From the NCBI RefSeq assembly GCF_006345805.1, contig NC_043010.1, positions 42,408,001 to 42,472,000 on the forward strand: 64,000 bases of DNA. The letters run 5' to 3'. Origin of the DNA: Octopus sinensis. Its lineage: Eukaryota. Below, piece by piece: positions 12,146-25,009 of the stretch (position 1 is its first letter; each line of letters opens with the position of its first letter). The translations under genes and the position numbers were made by a program. The notes below the pieces were generated by a model. That model was not told where the DNA came from, made no database searches, and saw only the letters and a list, made by a program, of their open reading frames with translations.

Positions 12146-12362
12146 GCGAGCTGGCAGAATTGTTGGCCCATCGGACAAAATGCTTAGCGGCATTTCGACT
12201 GTTCCTACGTTCTGAGTTCAAATTCCACCGAAGTCGACTTTACCTTTCATCCTTTCCGGGTCGATAAATTAAGTACAAGTTGTGTACTGGGGGTGGGGTG
12301 AAGTAATCGACTTAGCCCCTCTCCGAAATCGCTGACCTTGGGCCAAAATTTGAAATCAGTAT
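12146..12362 (+). mobile_element. SINE family B, older variant with a different 3' end
   Basis: gcgagctggcagaattgtt...gagttcaaattccaccgaagtcgactttacctttcatcc...gggccaaaatttgaaatc. Confidence 0.75.
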
Positions 12363-12758
12363 TAGATAGCATATAACGCCAAAGTTAACTTTGCGTTTTC
12401 GGCCTGCGCACGATAATGCAAGGTACCAGTCAATTATTGGAGTCGATTAAATCTATTATACTTACTGTGGTAGCACAGTCGATAGAAAGATTTAAAATTG
12501 TTAAAGTTCCTTTCGTGCCGAAGTTGATTCTTTGTTCCCCTTTCATCCCTCCAGAGATCGATAACGTAAGATCCAATAATATTATTACTTAGATTTCATG
12601 AACCATAAATTCCCTCTTCTTACAAAATAGTTCCACGTTAGGGAAAAGAAGGAAATCTTTTTCCATACAAATATGTACAAACACATGCATGCATGCATGC
12701 ATGCATGCTCGCACGCACACACACACGCACACACACACATACACACACACACGTATAT

Positions 12759-12817
<59 letters not shown>

Positions 12818-12856
12818 TATTTATGTATGTATGTATATACGTATGTATGTATGTAT

Positions 12857-12900
<44 letters not shown>

Positions 12901-12947
12901 GTTCATCGGACAATATATGCATGTACGTATATATATACATATATATA

Positions 12948-15125
12948 CACCAAACTTTGCCTCTAACTCTAAATGCAGGCTAATAAACCCGGCGAAGTCT
13001 GAGATTGGACGGCTTATAAGGAAGATCAGTAACAGTGTTAGAAACGCCTCTGACCTCGCCCTATGGCGCAAAACCAACGAGATCATTACATGGTTTAAAG
13101 CCAATAGCGGTAGACGTAGAGCTAGGTTTACCGAATTTGATGTAGTGGATTTCTACCCATCTATGTCAAAGGAGCTCCTGTTAAAGCACTAGACTTTGTT
13201 GGGGCCTACGCTGAAGTCAGCGACGAGGACATACACATTATCATGCACGCCAGATGAACCCTACTCTTCAGTAAGGGGACAGCTTGGGCCAAACGTACTG
13301 ACCCAGTGGGTTCCTTCGACGTGGCAATGGGTGCCTTCGACAGTGCTGACGTATGTGATCTAGTCGGTCTCTTCATCTTAGATATACTAAAAATGAAATT
13401 CCCTTCAACTAGCTTTGGCTTCTACAGAGATGACGCGTTAGCTAACGGTCACACACTAGATAGGCTCAGAAAGGACCTCACAATTTACATGAGCTCCTTT
13501 GGATTGAAGGTCACAATAGAGACCAACCTGAAATCGATAAAATTCTTGACGTGACCCTGGACCTGGAATCTGGTATATATAGGTCCTTTAGGAAACCAAA
13601 TGAGAAGCCATAGTGTTCAGGAACCTGGTTAAGGGCGTCAGCAGGAAAATCTCCAGCTTATCTTCAAGTAAAAACGATTTTTGATGCTGCTGCCCCGCAC
13701 TGCAATCGAGCACTGGATGCCAGCGGTTTCAAGGATAGCATTCAAGGATAGCCAGACCCCATCCCCACCAAAAGAAAGTGCCAACGGAATGTGTTGTGGC
13801 TCACGCTGCCCGTTTCTTTAAACGTTATGACCAGAGTAGGTAAGATTTTCCTTAGTTTAGTTGATAAACACTTCTCCCGTCCTAATATATTCAACAAAAT
13901 ATTTAATTGACATACCCAGAGAATATCCTTTAGTTGTGCACCTAGTGTAAAAAAGATTTTGGTAGGTAGGCCTACACCCGAGTGAGAAACAGGATGCTCA
14001 TGCAGGGGTAACACAACTTGTCTGCTGAACGGCCACTATAAAACGGAGACAGTTTATGCGAAGGAGGAGTAACAGCCATAGGACCCAATGGGTCCAATGG
14101 GTAACCGAGCGTTCCAAAGTATGTGAGGACAACGGAAGATCCCTTCAGAACCCGCTTTAACAACTACAAGTCCTCTTTCAACATCCCAAAGAGACGTAAC
14201 GCCACAACCCTAGCCAAGCACGTTTGGTTCTTGAAAGAAAGCGTCACAGAATACAGCATAACATGGAAGATCCTGGAGAAATGCAAACCGTACTTCATTG
14301 GCAGCAGGAAGTGCAGGTTGTGTCTGGCAGAGAAGAGAGCAATTATAAAGGGCACCCAACGCCCGGATATTTACCTGAATAGCAGAAGTGAAGTGCTTAA
14401 CCCTTGTCCACATGAAAAAAAGTACATCCTATCGTACCTGCGAGTCCCACCATGACTACAACCACAGGATCCCGGCCTCGACCTTCTACCAATATCCTCG
14501 GGCCCGGCAAGGAGTTTGACCAGAGCACACACCAATGCACCCATCTACACACACGCACACCCCTACAAGGCGGACACCCCACAAAATAGTCTGTCTCCCA
14601 CGCCCTTAACATATACCCTTTCACACAAACTGTACCCTCACACATATATAGGCCACACACACAGACATTACACACCGCTTGCTAACATATCCCCCACGAC
14701 CTTAACCAATACAAAAAGAAAATAGACCAACGAACACAAGTATATACCTAAACCCCATTGGAAAAATTATACGTATGACACCACTACACATATCACACGC
14801 CTCATCCCCATAGAAGCACCACACTTAATAACGCACACCTACCCTACAAACACGTCAAAATAACTCTCACCGGCCTTACAACTTACCAAGACATAACACC
14901 TAACCTAATCTCCTGGCCCTCTTTCACAGCAGCCGCAAACCGGATGTGTTAATCCACCTCCGACAATAGAATGCAGTCGCCATATTTCCTTCCACATCGG
15001 CTAACTCTGATGAGCAAAAGGTTATATAATCGGATTGTTATCTAACACTCCATTTATTCCTTGCACGAAACCGATTGCTAAGTTCAGCCGTGATGGATAT
15101 ATTATACTGTACATTTCGGATAATA
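12948..15125 (+). mobile_element. Penelope-like retroelement, Naiad-type, 5'-truncated, RT plus GIY-YIG pseudogene
   Basis: RT motifs [39 protein letters not shown] and FYRDD. Endonuclease region CSCR..C, FRTRFNNYKSSF, LAKHVWFLK, CRLCLAEK and LNSRSEV. Several stops and frameshifts. C-rich 3' UTR ending in a hammerhead. Confidence 0.9.
14998..15090 (+). ncRNA. Type I hammerhead ribozyme-like motif at the PLE 3' end
   Basis: Stem I cggctaact/agttcagccg; CTGATGA 15007-15013; stem II gcaaaagg/ccttgc; GAAAC 15067-15071; near-palindromic stem III accgattgct (mutated). Confidence 0.7.
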
Positions 15126-15182
15126 CACACACACACACAAATATATATACAAATACAGACATAAACACATATATATGCTGGC

Positions 15183-15216
<34 letters not shown>

Positions 15217-15844
15217 CACACACATACACATATATGAGGTAAACTAAATTTTAAATCAACCAAGCATGCATATTAAACTAAAATACATGTATGGTTTCGA
15301 TATTCTGTTCTTTTTACTTTCCTTTGATCAGAATTGTTTCTTGGATATAAACACGTTCAAAAAATACACGTATTCCCATCGTCAACAGAACCATTACAAT
15401 GCACTGACGTAAAGCAAAACTGGCTATTTTAAACGAAGTCGGAAAGAAATTTAAGTGGAACACCCATCTAGTGTTATATACTCTACAAGAAACTTTCCAC
15501 CAATTTCGGATATAAAATCTTCAACCATGCAATTCGACCCATATCAAAGTTTTCATCAAACACATCGAGAATGTATTTCAATTGGAAGTCCACAAAAAAA
15601 AAAAACAGGTAAAGTCTAGAATGATAATATAATACACAATATTAATGATATATATAATATACAATATAAAGAGGACAGACTAATCGAAACATGCATACAC
15701 CACTAATTTTTCTACACTCTTAGTTCTACATACGGATTAGCAGACAGGAATTGTAATTCAAACTGCCAATACATTCTTCATATTTCTGTTAATATACCTT
15801 CACGACTCAGCGACATTTATTCGCTAGAAACATATTATAAAGGT

Positions 15845-16224
15845 ACTTGTACTTGTACTTGTGGCGACATTCACCCTGGGCAGGTTGAGTCGGCTTCTTC
15901 TACTCATGGAAGAAGTTTCGTGGGAATATGTGGATTTCATAAGCGGTCCCCAACAATCCCGCGTGTGGAGACATCCTGTTTGCCGCAGATTGTCCACAGA
16001 CGCAGGGACAGAATGACCGAGGAGCCGTCGGTTGCCGAAGCAGACACTCCGAGGATTTTCACCAGAGCCCCGTCTGCCGGGTTGTGGCCCTAATACCACT
16101 TGGTGTCAGACCAATCCGCCTTGGGTGGCCCTACCAGGAACCGAAGTTCCCGACGGCATAGCTCTTACACTACCCGTTGCCAGCGTCCCCACCACGAGGA
16201 GGAGGGGATGGACTTTGGGGACGC
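15845..16224 (-). mobile_element. Non-coding retroposon with an RTE-like 5' UTR and an HDV-like ribozyme head
   Basis: 13-bp TSD atattataaaggt (15832-15844 and 16225-16237); (acaagt)n tail; gagctatgccgtcggg...cctggtagggccacccaaggc resembles RTE/Expander-type 5' UTRs. Confidence 0.8.
16065..16224 (-). ncRNA. HDV-like (delta) ribozyme candidate
   Basis: Minus strand GCGTCCCC-aaagtccat-CCCC-TCC-TCCTCGT-GGT-GGGGACGC-T-GG-caa-cgggtagt...acaacccg-GCAGAC-GGGG follows the P1/P2/P3/L3/P1'/P4/J4-2/P2' order. Confidence 0.55.
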
Positions 16225-16304
16225 ATATTATAAAGGTGCTAACATTATTCCAATTTAAATTTCCACTATGATAATATGAAGGTGCACATGTTTAAATCTC
16301 ATGC

Positions 16305-16490
16305 CATATGCTAACCTCAACTGCACGCACACACCCCACTGGCCTCTCCAAACGTAACTATGAATGGTATGCATTTAACTTTTCCTCTTTCCTACCAAGT
16401 CACTCAATTCTCCACGAAAACAATGGAAGTTATCTGTTAACTTATTCTTCACAGAGAAGGAGTCCTTAGAGAATTAGCAGGTGATGTTCG
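16305..16490 (+). mobile_element. Old dispersed repeat (second copy at 45938-46119)
   Basis: Shared blocks caaac-taactatgaa, ttctccac, ttaactta-tcttcac and gtccttag. Confidence 0.55.
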
Positions 16491-16678
16491 ACTTTGAGTA
16501 GAGGTAGGGCATAATAAGTAACCGGGCTAAAATGAGTAATTTCTGATTTTTCGTTATTTCTCGTTTTCCCGCTAAATCATTTTTAATCAGTTTTAAATCA
16601 TTACATTGCAAGTATTTTGCATTGTCTCACCATCATTAGGAGTAAAAATTTGTAAGCATTGTTATTGCTGTTGAGGTT

Positions 16679-17065
16679 TGTTTGTTTGTTTGTTTGTTTG
16701 TTGAGCGAAACGGTCTTCGTCCCATTAGTGGGAGAAGTCCGAAACGTGGTCCTTTGCTATTCGTAAGACCCGCAGAAGAGAAAGCAGGTCAACCCCCGAC
16801 ACCGAGAGCATCGACGGGTGGATGAATGCGCATCCAGGCTCAGCGGTTGCGTAGGAAGTCGGAGACGAGAAACAGGAAGAAAGAGTGAGAGAAAGTTGGA
16901 GCGAAAGAGTACAACAGGGGTCGCCACCACCCCCTGCCTGAGCCTCGTGGAGCTTTTAGGTATTTTCGCTCAATAAACAGACAAAAAAGCCCGGTCTGGG
17001 AATCGAAACCGCGATCCTCCGACCGCGAGTCCGCTGCCCTAACCACTGGGCCATTGCGCCTCCAC
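16679..17065 (-). mobile_element. tRNA-derived SINE family C, tail type 1
   Basis: Head gtggaggcgcaatggcccagtggttagggcagcggac...ggtttcgattccc (A and B boxes); (caaa)n tail; 13-bp TSD tgctgttgaggtt at 16666-16678 and 17066-17078. Confidence 0.92.
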
Positions 17066-17804
17066 TGCTGTTGAGGTTGAAATTTTTTTCAACTTAGACC
17101 TGATTGTAATTGAGATTGCTAATAAAATATCTGGATAAGTTTCAGTGTTTAACAATCAATATTCTTTTCTCTTTTGAATTCCATACTTATGTCTAATTTG
17201 ATAATTTTCAAAATCGATGTCTGACATGGGGCAAAATGGGTAATGACAAATTTCAATAACTTGTTCTTTATCTGTATGGTTCGTAAATTCATCGGGAAAA
17301 GAGCCACTCCAAAAGATCATGAGAAAGCTATAAAAAATACTTTATGATGATTTTTTTATTACTTGATAGAGTTTCGTTAATTTCATATTAGGTGCTTTTT
17401 TTCCATGATCCTCTTTCATTTGACCAAGATATTTCAAAAGCTATTTTTTCTGCTTTTTTTTTTTTTTTGATTTCTGATCTTTCTGATGTCTCGGAATGAA
17501 TATTGATGTCTATGAGTCTGTTTTCATGTGCAATTCTGAAGATCTGAAGCGGCAGATTTACCTTATCTCGGCTTACAAATTTTGGCCTAGCTAATTTATA
17601 TGCTCAAAGAGAACGGTGATCATATCATGTTATAATGATTTTAATGCATTTAGAGAAGGTCACTTGCTTAGCTGATATAGTTTTACTAAGGGAGAGAATA
17701 TTTATAAAAAATATATTCTGTCTCAAAGCCAAAGATAAATAAGGAAAGTTTCTATACAGAAAGTTTTTAAAAAGAACTTCATATTTCGGGTGCAAAGGTC
17801 CATC

Positions 17805-18190
17805 TTCAGTAAAAAAAGCATTGCAGCTATGCTGGAGCACCGCTTTAAAGAGTTTTAGCCTAATAAATCGACCCCAGGACCTCTTTTTAATCTGGCATTT
17901 ATTTTATCGGGCTCTTTTAGTCCAACCGCTAGATTACGGGTAACGTAAACATATCCACATTACTTGTCAAACTGTGGAAGGAGACAAACACAGACATAAA
18001 GATACACACACATGAATATATACATATACATACTACGGGCTTCTTTTAGTTTCCGTCTACCAAATCCACTCACAAGGCTTTGGTCGGCCCGAGTCTGTAT
18101 TAAAAGACATTCACCCAAGTACCATGCAGTGGAACTGAATCCGGAGTCATGTGGTTGGTAAGCAATCTTCTTACCACACAGACATGCATA
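17805..18190 (-). mobile_element. SINE family A, diverged
   Basis: gctggagcaccgc...ttccgtctaccaaatccactcacaaggctttggtcggcc...cttcttaccacacag. Confidence 0.8.
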
Positions 18191-18199
18191 CGTCTATTT

Positions 18200-19060
18200 T
18201 CACATAGCTTTCATTTTAAACTACTTGGCGTTTAGGTTAGTGGCAGCAGCAACTCACCAGCTTTTGGTCGTCGTCGTTGTGATGTATTTTAACGTAATGG
18301 TAGTAATGGCAGACGGTGTTGGTTGCGTATGCTGTTAATTACAGTCGCTGTTATGTTTTCATAGGAGCCACAGACCCATCTCTGATCGACTATTAATTTT
18401 CGGGTTGAGGCAGTGCATCAATATAGCTTCTTTGATATGAAGATTTCCCGCGTTCCCCTCCGAGGCCAGTATGGAGGCATCTATCTCTTTGGTTGTGTTG
18501 CTGCATTTGGTAAAGTATTTATGGAACGAAGACGCGTCAGTAGTGAGGTGGTCCTTCATTCGGACGTGGAGTGGTCGGCCTGTATTATCGATGTCATAGT
18601 TGTAGGATTTGGAGACCGTATCTGGTATACTGCATATGTACAACGAACGTAGGCCAATTCGCCAGCGTCCAGGACTGTTGCACACTGGCTGGTGCGTGAC
18701 CACCTCTTTGATAGGTTTTTATGTAGTGATGGTCGCGAATTGGCCGGTAGGATGTCGAGTCCTTCCCTGTGGATGGCCTGTAAATGGCGGAGGTGGTCCT
18801 CTCATTAAAGTGAGGAATCTTCAAGAAGAAGGTACTAGATAGATCCCTATTGTCACATTTATTTGGCTTGTGTTCACGTATGGAGTTAACAATGGACGTT
18901 GGCTATCCGTTGATCTCAAGTCCCTTTAGGAATTGAGTAACGTGTGCGTTTCTTGTGTATCCGAGTGATCTCGTTATGTACGTAGCTGATCTTAGCTCTG
19001 AAGGAGAGAACCGATTTGTAATGGACAAAGAGGTCCCGACAGGCTGACTTTCGCGACACA
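18200..19060 (-). mobile_element. Penelope-like element fragment (RT C-terminus plus GIY-YIG), decayed
   Basis: FFLKIPHFNE linker; NTGRPLHVRMKDHL...LHIKEAILMHCLNPKINSRSE (GIY-YIG R, H, E and N motifs). Confidence 0.75.
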
Positions 19061-19189
19061 AACATGTGCCTACATCCATCCAGCTATACATACATGCATA
19101 CATACATACATACATACATACATACATACATACATACATACATACATACATACATACATACATACATACATACATACATACATACATCA

Positions 19190-20020
19190 GACACGGTACT
19201 CCAAATGTTACGACTATAACATTGATAGTACTGTCCGACCACTCCACGTCCGAATGAAGGAGCACTTCACTATCGAGGCGTCGTCTTTCTACAAACACTC
19301 AACGAATGCAGCAACACTACCAAAGGGATAACGCTTCCATACTAGCATCGGAGAGGAGCTCATGAAATCTTCGTATCAAAGAAGTTATATTGATCCACCG
19401 CCTCAACTCGAATACTAATAGTCGATCGGAGATGGGCCGGTGGCTCCTGTGAATACATCACAACGACTAACTACGACAAACATACGCCACTAACACCATC
19501 TTCCACCACCTCCATCACCACGTGAAAATCCTTACAGCAACCACGACCAACAGTTGGAGAGTTGCTGCTGCTAACCCAAACGTCGAGCAGTTTAGAATAA
19601 CGAAATCTATGTAAATACACATACCTATTTCTTTATTACCCACAAGGGGCTAAACATAGAGGGGACAAACAAGGACAGACATAGGTATTAAGTCGATTAC
19701 ATCGACCCCAGTGCGTAACTGGTACTTAATTTATCGACCCCGAAAGGATGAAAGGCAAAGTCGACCTCGGCGGAATTTGAACTCAGAACGTAGCGGCAGA
19801 CGAAATACCGCTCAGCATTTCGTCCGGCGCGCTAATGCTTGTGCCAGCTCGCCGCCTTAAATACACATACCTTTGACTGCTTTTTTCTGAAGATATGCCT
19901 TTGCGCCTAAAATCTAGAAGTTCGGGTTTTTTTTAAACTTTCTGCGTCGTTAGAAGCTTTCTTATTTCTCTTCTTCATTTTCTACTTCTGTACTACAATG
20001 CTTCCTGTGAACTACAACGC
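19190..20020 (+). mobile_element. Second, inverted copy of the same PLE GIY-YIG and 3' UTR, interrupted by a SINE
   Basis: Diverged reverse complement of about 18200-18620 (RPLHVRMKEH...NSRSEMGRWLL). It continues after the SINE with a degenerate ctgaaga...gcc-taaa hammerhead-like remnant. Confidence 0.7.
19621..19857 (-). mobile_element. SINE family B, full length
   Basis: Flanked by the direct repeat taaatacac(atacct) at 19612 and 19858. Confidence 0.92.
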
Positions 20021-20330
20021 TCTTAGATATATAATGCAATATATCTTAAATATCTCTCAGCCGATATTATCAATCTGTTTTGTACTTGAGAGTTTGGGAA
20101 AACCAGTTTCAGCACTCATCTGTAAAGCTGGTATGAAAAGTATGGTGCGAGCTCTTTGCCACAAAAGATCAGAAAGTATCATATCTAGTTAGTGGGTGCC
20201 GAAGAACCAGGAACGCGAAACGTCCTGTTGTATTTATTGCCTCTGCATAAGCATCCTTCTCCTGTTTCAAGTATGTACCTACTCACTAAAATTTTCGATA
20301 TATATATATACCATTTATATATATATATAT

Positions 20331-20364
<34 letters not shown>

Positions 20365-20375
20365 ATATATATACC

Positions 20376-20419
<44 letters not shown>

Positions 20420-20434
20420 TATATATATATAACC

Positions 20435-20478
<44 letters not shown>

Positions 20479-20503
20479 AATAAAACATATATATATATGT
20501 ATA

Positions 20504-21320
20504 TATTAATCAATATAGGGTGGCAAAAAAATTCAGCAGAATTATTTGCCACCAGCGGCCTAGTGGGAAAAAAGTAAATAGTCAGAGACTATTAATAAAT
20601 TCAACAGCAAAATTAAGGAACGGCCATAATAGGCCGTTCAACCCACTAGAAATAGCAGCCAAGGCTTCAACCGCAAAACAATATTAATTCCGTAAACCAG
20701 GAGAAAATTTAAAAAACATTTACCCTGTAATACTTTATACAATGCATCGTTTCGTCTATTTTTTAATGGCAAATCAACCTGATTAAATTAAATCAAGCTA
20801 ATCTTCCATAGGCCAACATATTCATCAGTAAAGTAAGCCAGACGGGACAGATATTTACACGAGGCAGCACCAATACTGTCTCGGCTATATCTGACTTAAA
20901 ATTTTCAAATCATCGTACTCGCGCCAAATTTATCGGCAACAAATATAAGCTGCCGATTTCATTTCGGAATTAAACAGAAAATTCATAATTAATCAATATA
21001 GGGTGGCAAAAAAATTCAGCAGAAATTATTTGCCACCAGCGGCCTAGTGGGAAAAAAGTAAATAGTCAGAGACTATTAATAAATTCAACAGCAAAATTAA
21101 GTAACGGCCATAATAGGCCGTTCAACTCACTAGAAATAGCAGCCAAGGCTTCAACCACAAAACGATATTAATTCCGTAAACCAGGAGAAAATTTAAAAAA
21201 CATTTACCCTGTAATACTTTATACAATGCATCATTTCGTCTATTTTTTAATGGCAAATCAACCTGATTAAATTAAATCAGTGGGTTGAACGGCCTGTTAT
21301 GGCCGTTCCTTAATTTTGCT
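20504..21320 (-). mobile_element. Penelope-type pLTR array: about 1.6 tandem units plus a short terminal inversion, within (TA)n
   Basis: attaatcaatatagggtggc...ttaaattaaatca is repeated at about 20504 and 20987; 21280-21320 is an inverted copy of about 20605-20646. Confidence 0.85.
20728..20840 (-). ncRNA. Type I hammerhead ribozyme-like motif
   Basis: Minus strand tacttta-CTGATGA-...ggcctat...atagac-GAAAC-gatgcatt-GT-A-taaagta; near-palindromic stem III. Confidence 0.7.
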
Positions 21321-21327
21321 ATATATG

Positions 21328-21422
<95 letters not shown>

Positions 21423-21534
21423 GGTCAAATTTTCCCCAAGAACTTAGTTCAATTTGAAAACTCCACTAGAATAGACGAAAGCGCTAATATATGATATATG
21501 ATATATGATATATAATGTATAAAAACATTAGAAA

Positions 21535-21850
21535 TTTGAAGTCCTCGGCTCTATGCAGTGGCGTCCAGTTCTAGTATTTGTGTAACTATCGATGCCAAAG
21601 TTTGGGACAAGTCCTTCCAGAATCTTCCAGATGTATATTATGGTATATCTTTCTCGCCTACGCTCTAAGGAATAGAGTCTTAATCTCTTGAGTTTTTCCC
21701 AATAGCTTATAAGCTGCATAGAGGCTATCTTCTTCATGTAGCTTCGTTGGATTGCCTCAAGTTCTGAGATTAATTTGACACTGGTTGGTGATCATAGCCG
21801 AGAGCAATAGTCAAAGTACCTTAGGACAAGTGTCCTCCAGAGGACCATCA
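21535..21850 (-). mobile_element. CR1-like LINE ORF2 C-terminal fragment
   Basis: FDYCSRL*SP...ELEAIQRSYMKKIASMQLISYWEKLKRLRLYSLERRRERYTIIYIWKILEGLVPN. Confidence 0.85.
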
Positions 21851-21914
21851 CTTTTTATTTAAATATTTATTTAAATATTTTTTTATTTAGATATTTTCTT
21901 ATTTAAAGAAAATA

Positions 21915-23130
21915 AACCTAAAAATAGAAACGGACATATTTTACAAAATCAAGACACCAAACAATATCTACTCTTTGATTCATGCCACCCAAGACACACT
22001 AAAACAAACATCCCCTTCAACCTTTCATGAAGGATATGTACAATAGTGTCAGAACAAAATACCAGAAACTTTAGACTGCAAGAACTCAAAAACACTCTAA
22101 TTGACAGACACTACTCAGTTCAACTCATAGAGGATGGAATCGGACGGGCAACACAAAACGACATAGAAACCTTAAGAAAAGTTCAACACAGCAACACACC
22201 TTCCCCGAAAATACTGCCGTACATATCCACATGCAAACTCAGAAACAAAGAAGCCTTCACCATCATCGCTCAAAATTTACCAATGCTACATAAGGACCCC
22301 AAATTAAAGGAAATTCTACACATACATAAAATCATTAAAAGCTAGAAACAAGCGAAATCACTAAAATAGATCTTCACAAATGTAAAATAATTTTCTAAAA
22401 TAACGAATGCGAAAGCAAAAAAATGTGGTAGACCAAATTGTGCAACATGCCCAAACCTTCTAGAAGGATCAGAATTCCTCTTCAAAGAGGAACAAAATTC
22501 AAAATCAAATCTGATTTTACTTGTGTTTCAGAAAACCTGATTTATGTCATAAGATGCTCGGGCTGCCACCAAAACTACATAGGGTCCACGGGATTATCGC
22601 AAAGACGCAGATGCACTCTGCATCGACAGCAGATTGCATTCCCAGAATACAGAATAATACCCTTTAGTGAACATATTGAGAAATGCGCAAAGCAACTACA
22701 ACCACAATTTTAAATCTTTCCATTCTATCAATCTGCCATTGGAACACCAACACAAATTAGATTAAATAAGGAAACCTTCTTCATTGAAAAATATAAGCCA
22801 AAACTTAACCATTTCTAACATTTTTAAATAAGGAAACTCACCTCATTGAAAAAAATATAAAGCAAAACCTAACCACTTGTGACATTCTATTCCTTCTAAA
22901 CCAAATCATGTTTAATTAATCATTCCCAACGTGTTTGATTATCTTCCTTATACCGGAAAAAATCCCTGATTATTTCACAACATAACGAAAACATGACATG
23001 ATATAGGTAAATAAATTTGAGGAGTTTGAAAAGAAAATACGAAACCGTTATTTCTCCAAAAACTATGTAACTATACGCAAAATTTTCTAACATTTTTCTA
23101 ACATAACGACTTAAATATATTCTTTAACGA
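21915..23130 (+). mobile_element. Penelope-like element, Neptune-type, RT thumb plus Zn-knuckle plus GIY-YIG pseudogene
   Basis: ETDIFYK...QYLLFDSCHPRHTKTNIPF; KKCGRPNCATC; FTCVSENLIYVIRCSGCHQNYIGSTG; RLNKETFFIEKYKPKLN; contains stops and frameshifts. Confidence 0.9.
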
Positions 23131-23185
23131 TATAAATATATATATATATATATATAGAAGTGGATATATATACATACATACATAC

Positions 23186-23265
<80 letters not shown>

Positions 23266-23325
23266 ATATATATATAGTATATATATATATATATAAATGT
23301 ATATATGTATATATATATAAATGTA

Positions 23326-23370
<45 letters not shown>

Positions 23371-23375
23371 GTATG

Positions 23376-23720
23376 TATTGGAAGGTCTGGAGATGATGTA
23401 CAGGCATTATATATTAGAAGAAATGAGGTACTCAGAAAATCGGATGGTTTATATTTACAGATATTTATTTGTATATTACATTTTATATATATATCATATC
23501 ACTTAGATCATTAACGCTTTTTGGTACTTATGGGAGCAACTGTCTTCGAAGACTCATATTGTCGTTCAATGCTCGAAATAAGGTGTAGATAAGCAGTGAT
23601 GAAGGGTCGTTCTTTATGTTACTTGTCTTTTTTCCATTTGCTTCTCTCGTTGTTTGCGTATTGAACTCATTTGTTTTCGTACTTCATGTTGTTTACTGTT
23701 GGTGACATCCCTGTACCCAT
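23376..23720. mobile_element. Penelope-type terminal fragments within TA arrays
   Basis: tattggaaggtctggagat is shared with 841-859; gctcgaaa...gtagataagcagtgatgaaggg tail is shared with 5447-5603. Confidence 0.4.
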
Positions 23721-23803
23721 ATATGCATATGTGTATAAATATATATGTATGTATGTGTGTGTTTGTATATATATATACACATATACATGTATATATTTAT
23801 ATA

Positions 23804-23898
<95 letters not shown>

Positions 23899-23903
23899 AT
23901 ATA

Positions 23904-24220
23904 CACTTGCCAAGGTGGTACTTTGTGCAAGTGTCTACTACTGTAGTTTCGGGCCGACCAAAGCCTTGTGAGTGGATTTGGTAGGTGGAAACTGAAAGAA
24001 GCCCGTCGTATACGTGTATATATGTGTGTGTGTGTGCGTGTGTGTGTGTTTGTCCCCCGATGCTGGTGTATTTACACCCCCGTTTACCTAGCGGTTCGGC
24101 AAAAAAGACCGATAGAATAAATACTAGGCTTACAAAGAATAAGTCCTGGAGTCGATTTGCTCGATTAAAGGCGATGCTCCGGTATGGCCGCAGTCAAATC
24201 ACTGAAACAAGTAAAAGAGA

Positions 24221-24222
<2 letters not shown>
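23904..24222 (+). mobile_element. SINE family A, 5'-damaged
   Basis: gggccgaccaaagccttgtgagtggatttggtag...actgaaacaagtaaaagagag. Confidence 0.85.
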
Positions 24223-24315
<93 letters not shown>

Positions 24316-24570
24316 ATACACACACACACACATACATACCGACACACACAGAATGGAAACACGGTCTTTTATATTTATACTTGTGTCTGTATGTATGTTT
24401 GTGCATGCCTTAGTGTTTGTCCCCGACACCGCATGCCAACAGATGTTGGGTTATTTATATACCTTAACATAGTGATATGGCGAAAGACATTAAAAGTATA
24501 AGCTCTGGGGCTTCACATAACATATCTGTGTGTGCACGCTTGTGCGTGTATGCAAATATAGATGTGTGTA

Positions 24571-24699
<129 letters not shown>

Positions 24700-24741
24700 A
24701 TATAATATATATATATATATATATTTGTATATAGATATATA

Positions 24742-24781
<40 letters not shown>

Positions 24782-24787
24782 ATATAA

Positions 24788-24818
<31 letters not shown>

Positions 24819-24974
24819 CTATATATATATATATATTTGTATATAAATATATATGAATATAAAAATATCAAATGAAAGTATGTTTATATATTTATGTTTG
24901 TTGTTATGTTTGTTGTTATGTTTTCTCGTAGATGTGTATTCATATCTTTCTCTTTCTCTTTCTCTCTTTCTCTT

Positions 24975-25009
<35 letters not shown>

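Noticed and set aside
13250-14455. Selenocysteine recoding in the Naiad-type PLE
   Set aside because: The in-frame TGAs I checked (about 13255 and 13984) are not at conserved Cys positions, frameshifts are also present, and I saw no convincing SECIS.
16990-17065. tRNA genes at SINE C heads (also near 49630-49700 and 61440-61501)
   Set aside because: They are embedded in TSD-flanked SINEs, with imperfect cloverleaves and no terminator.
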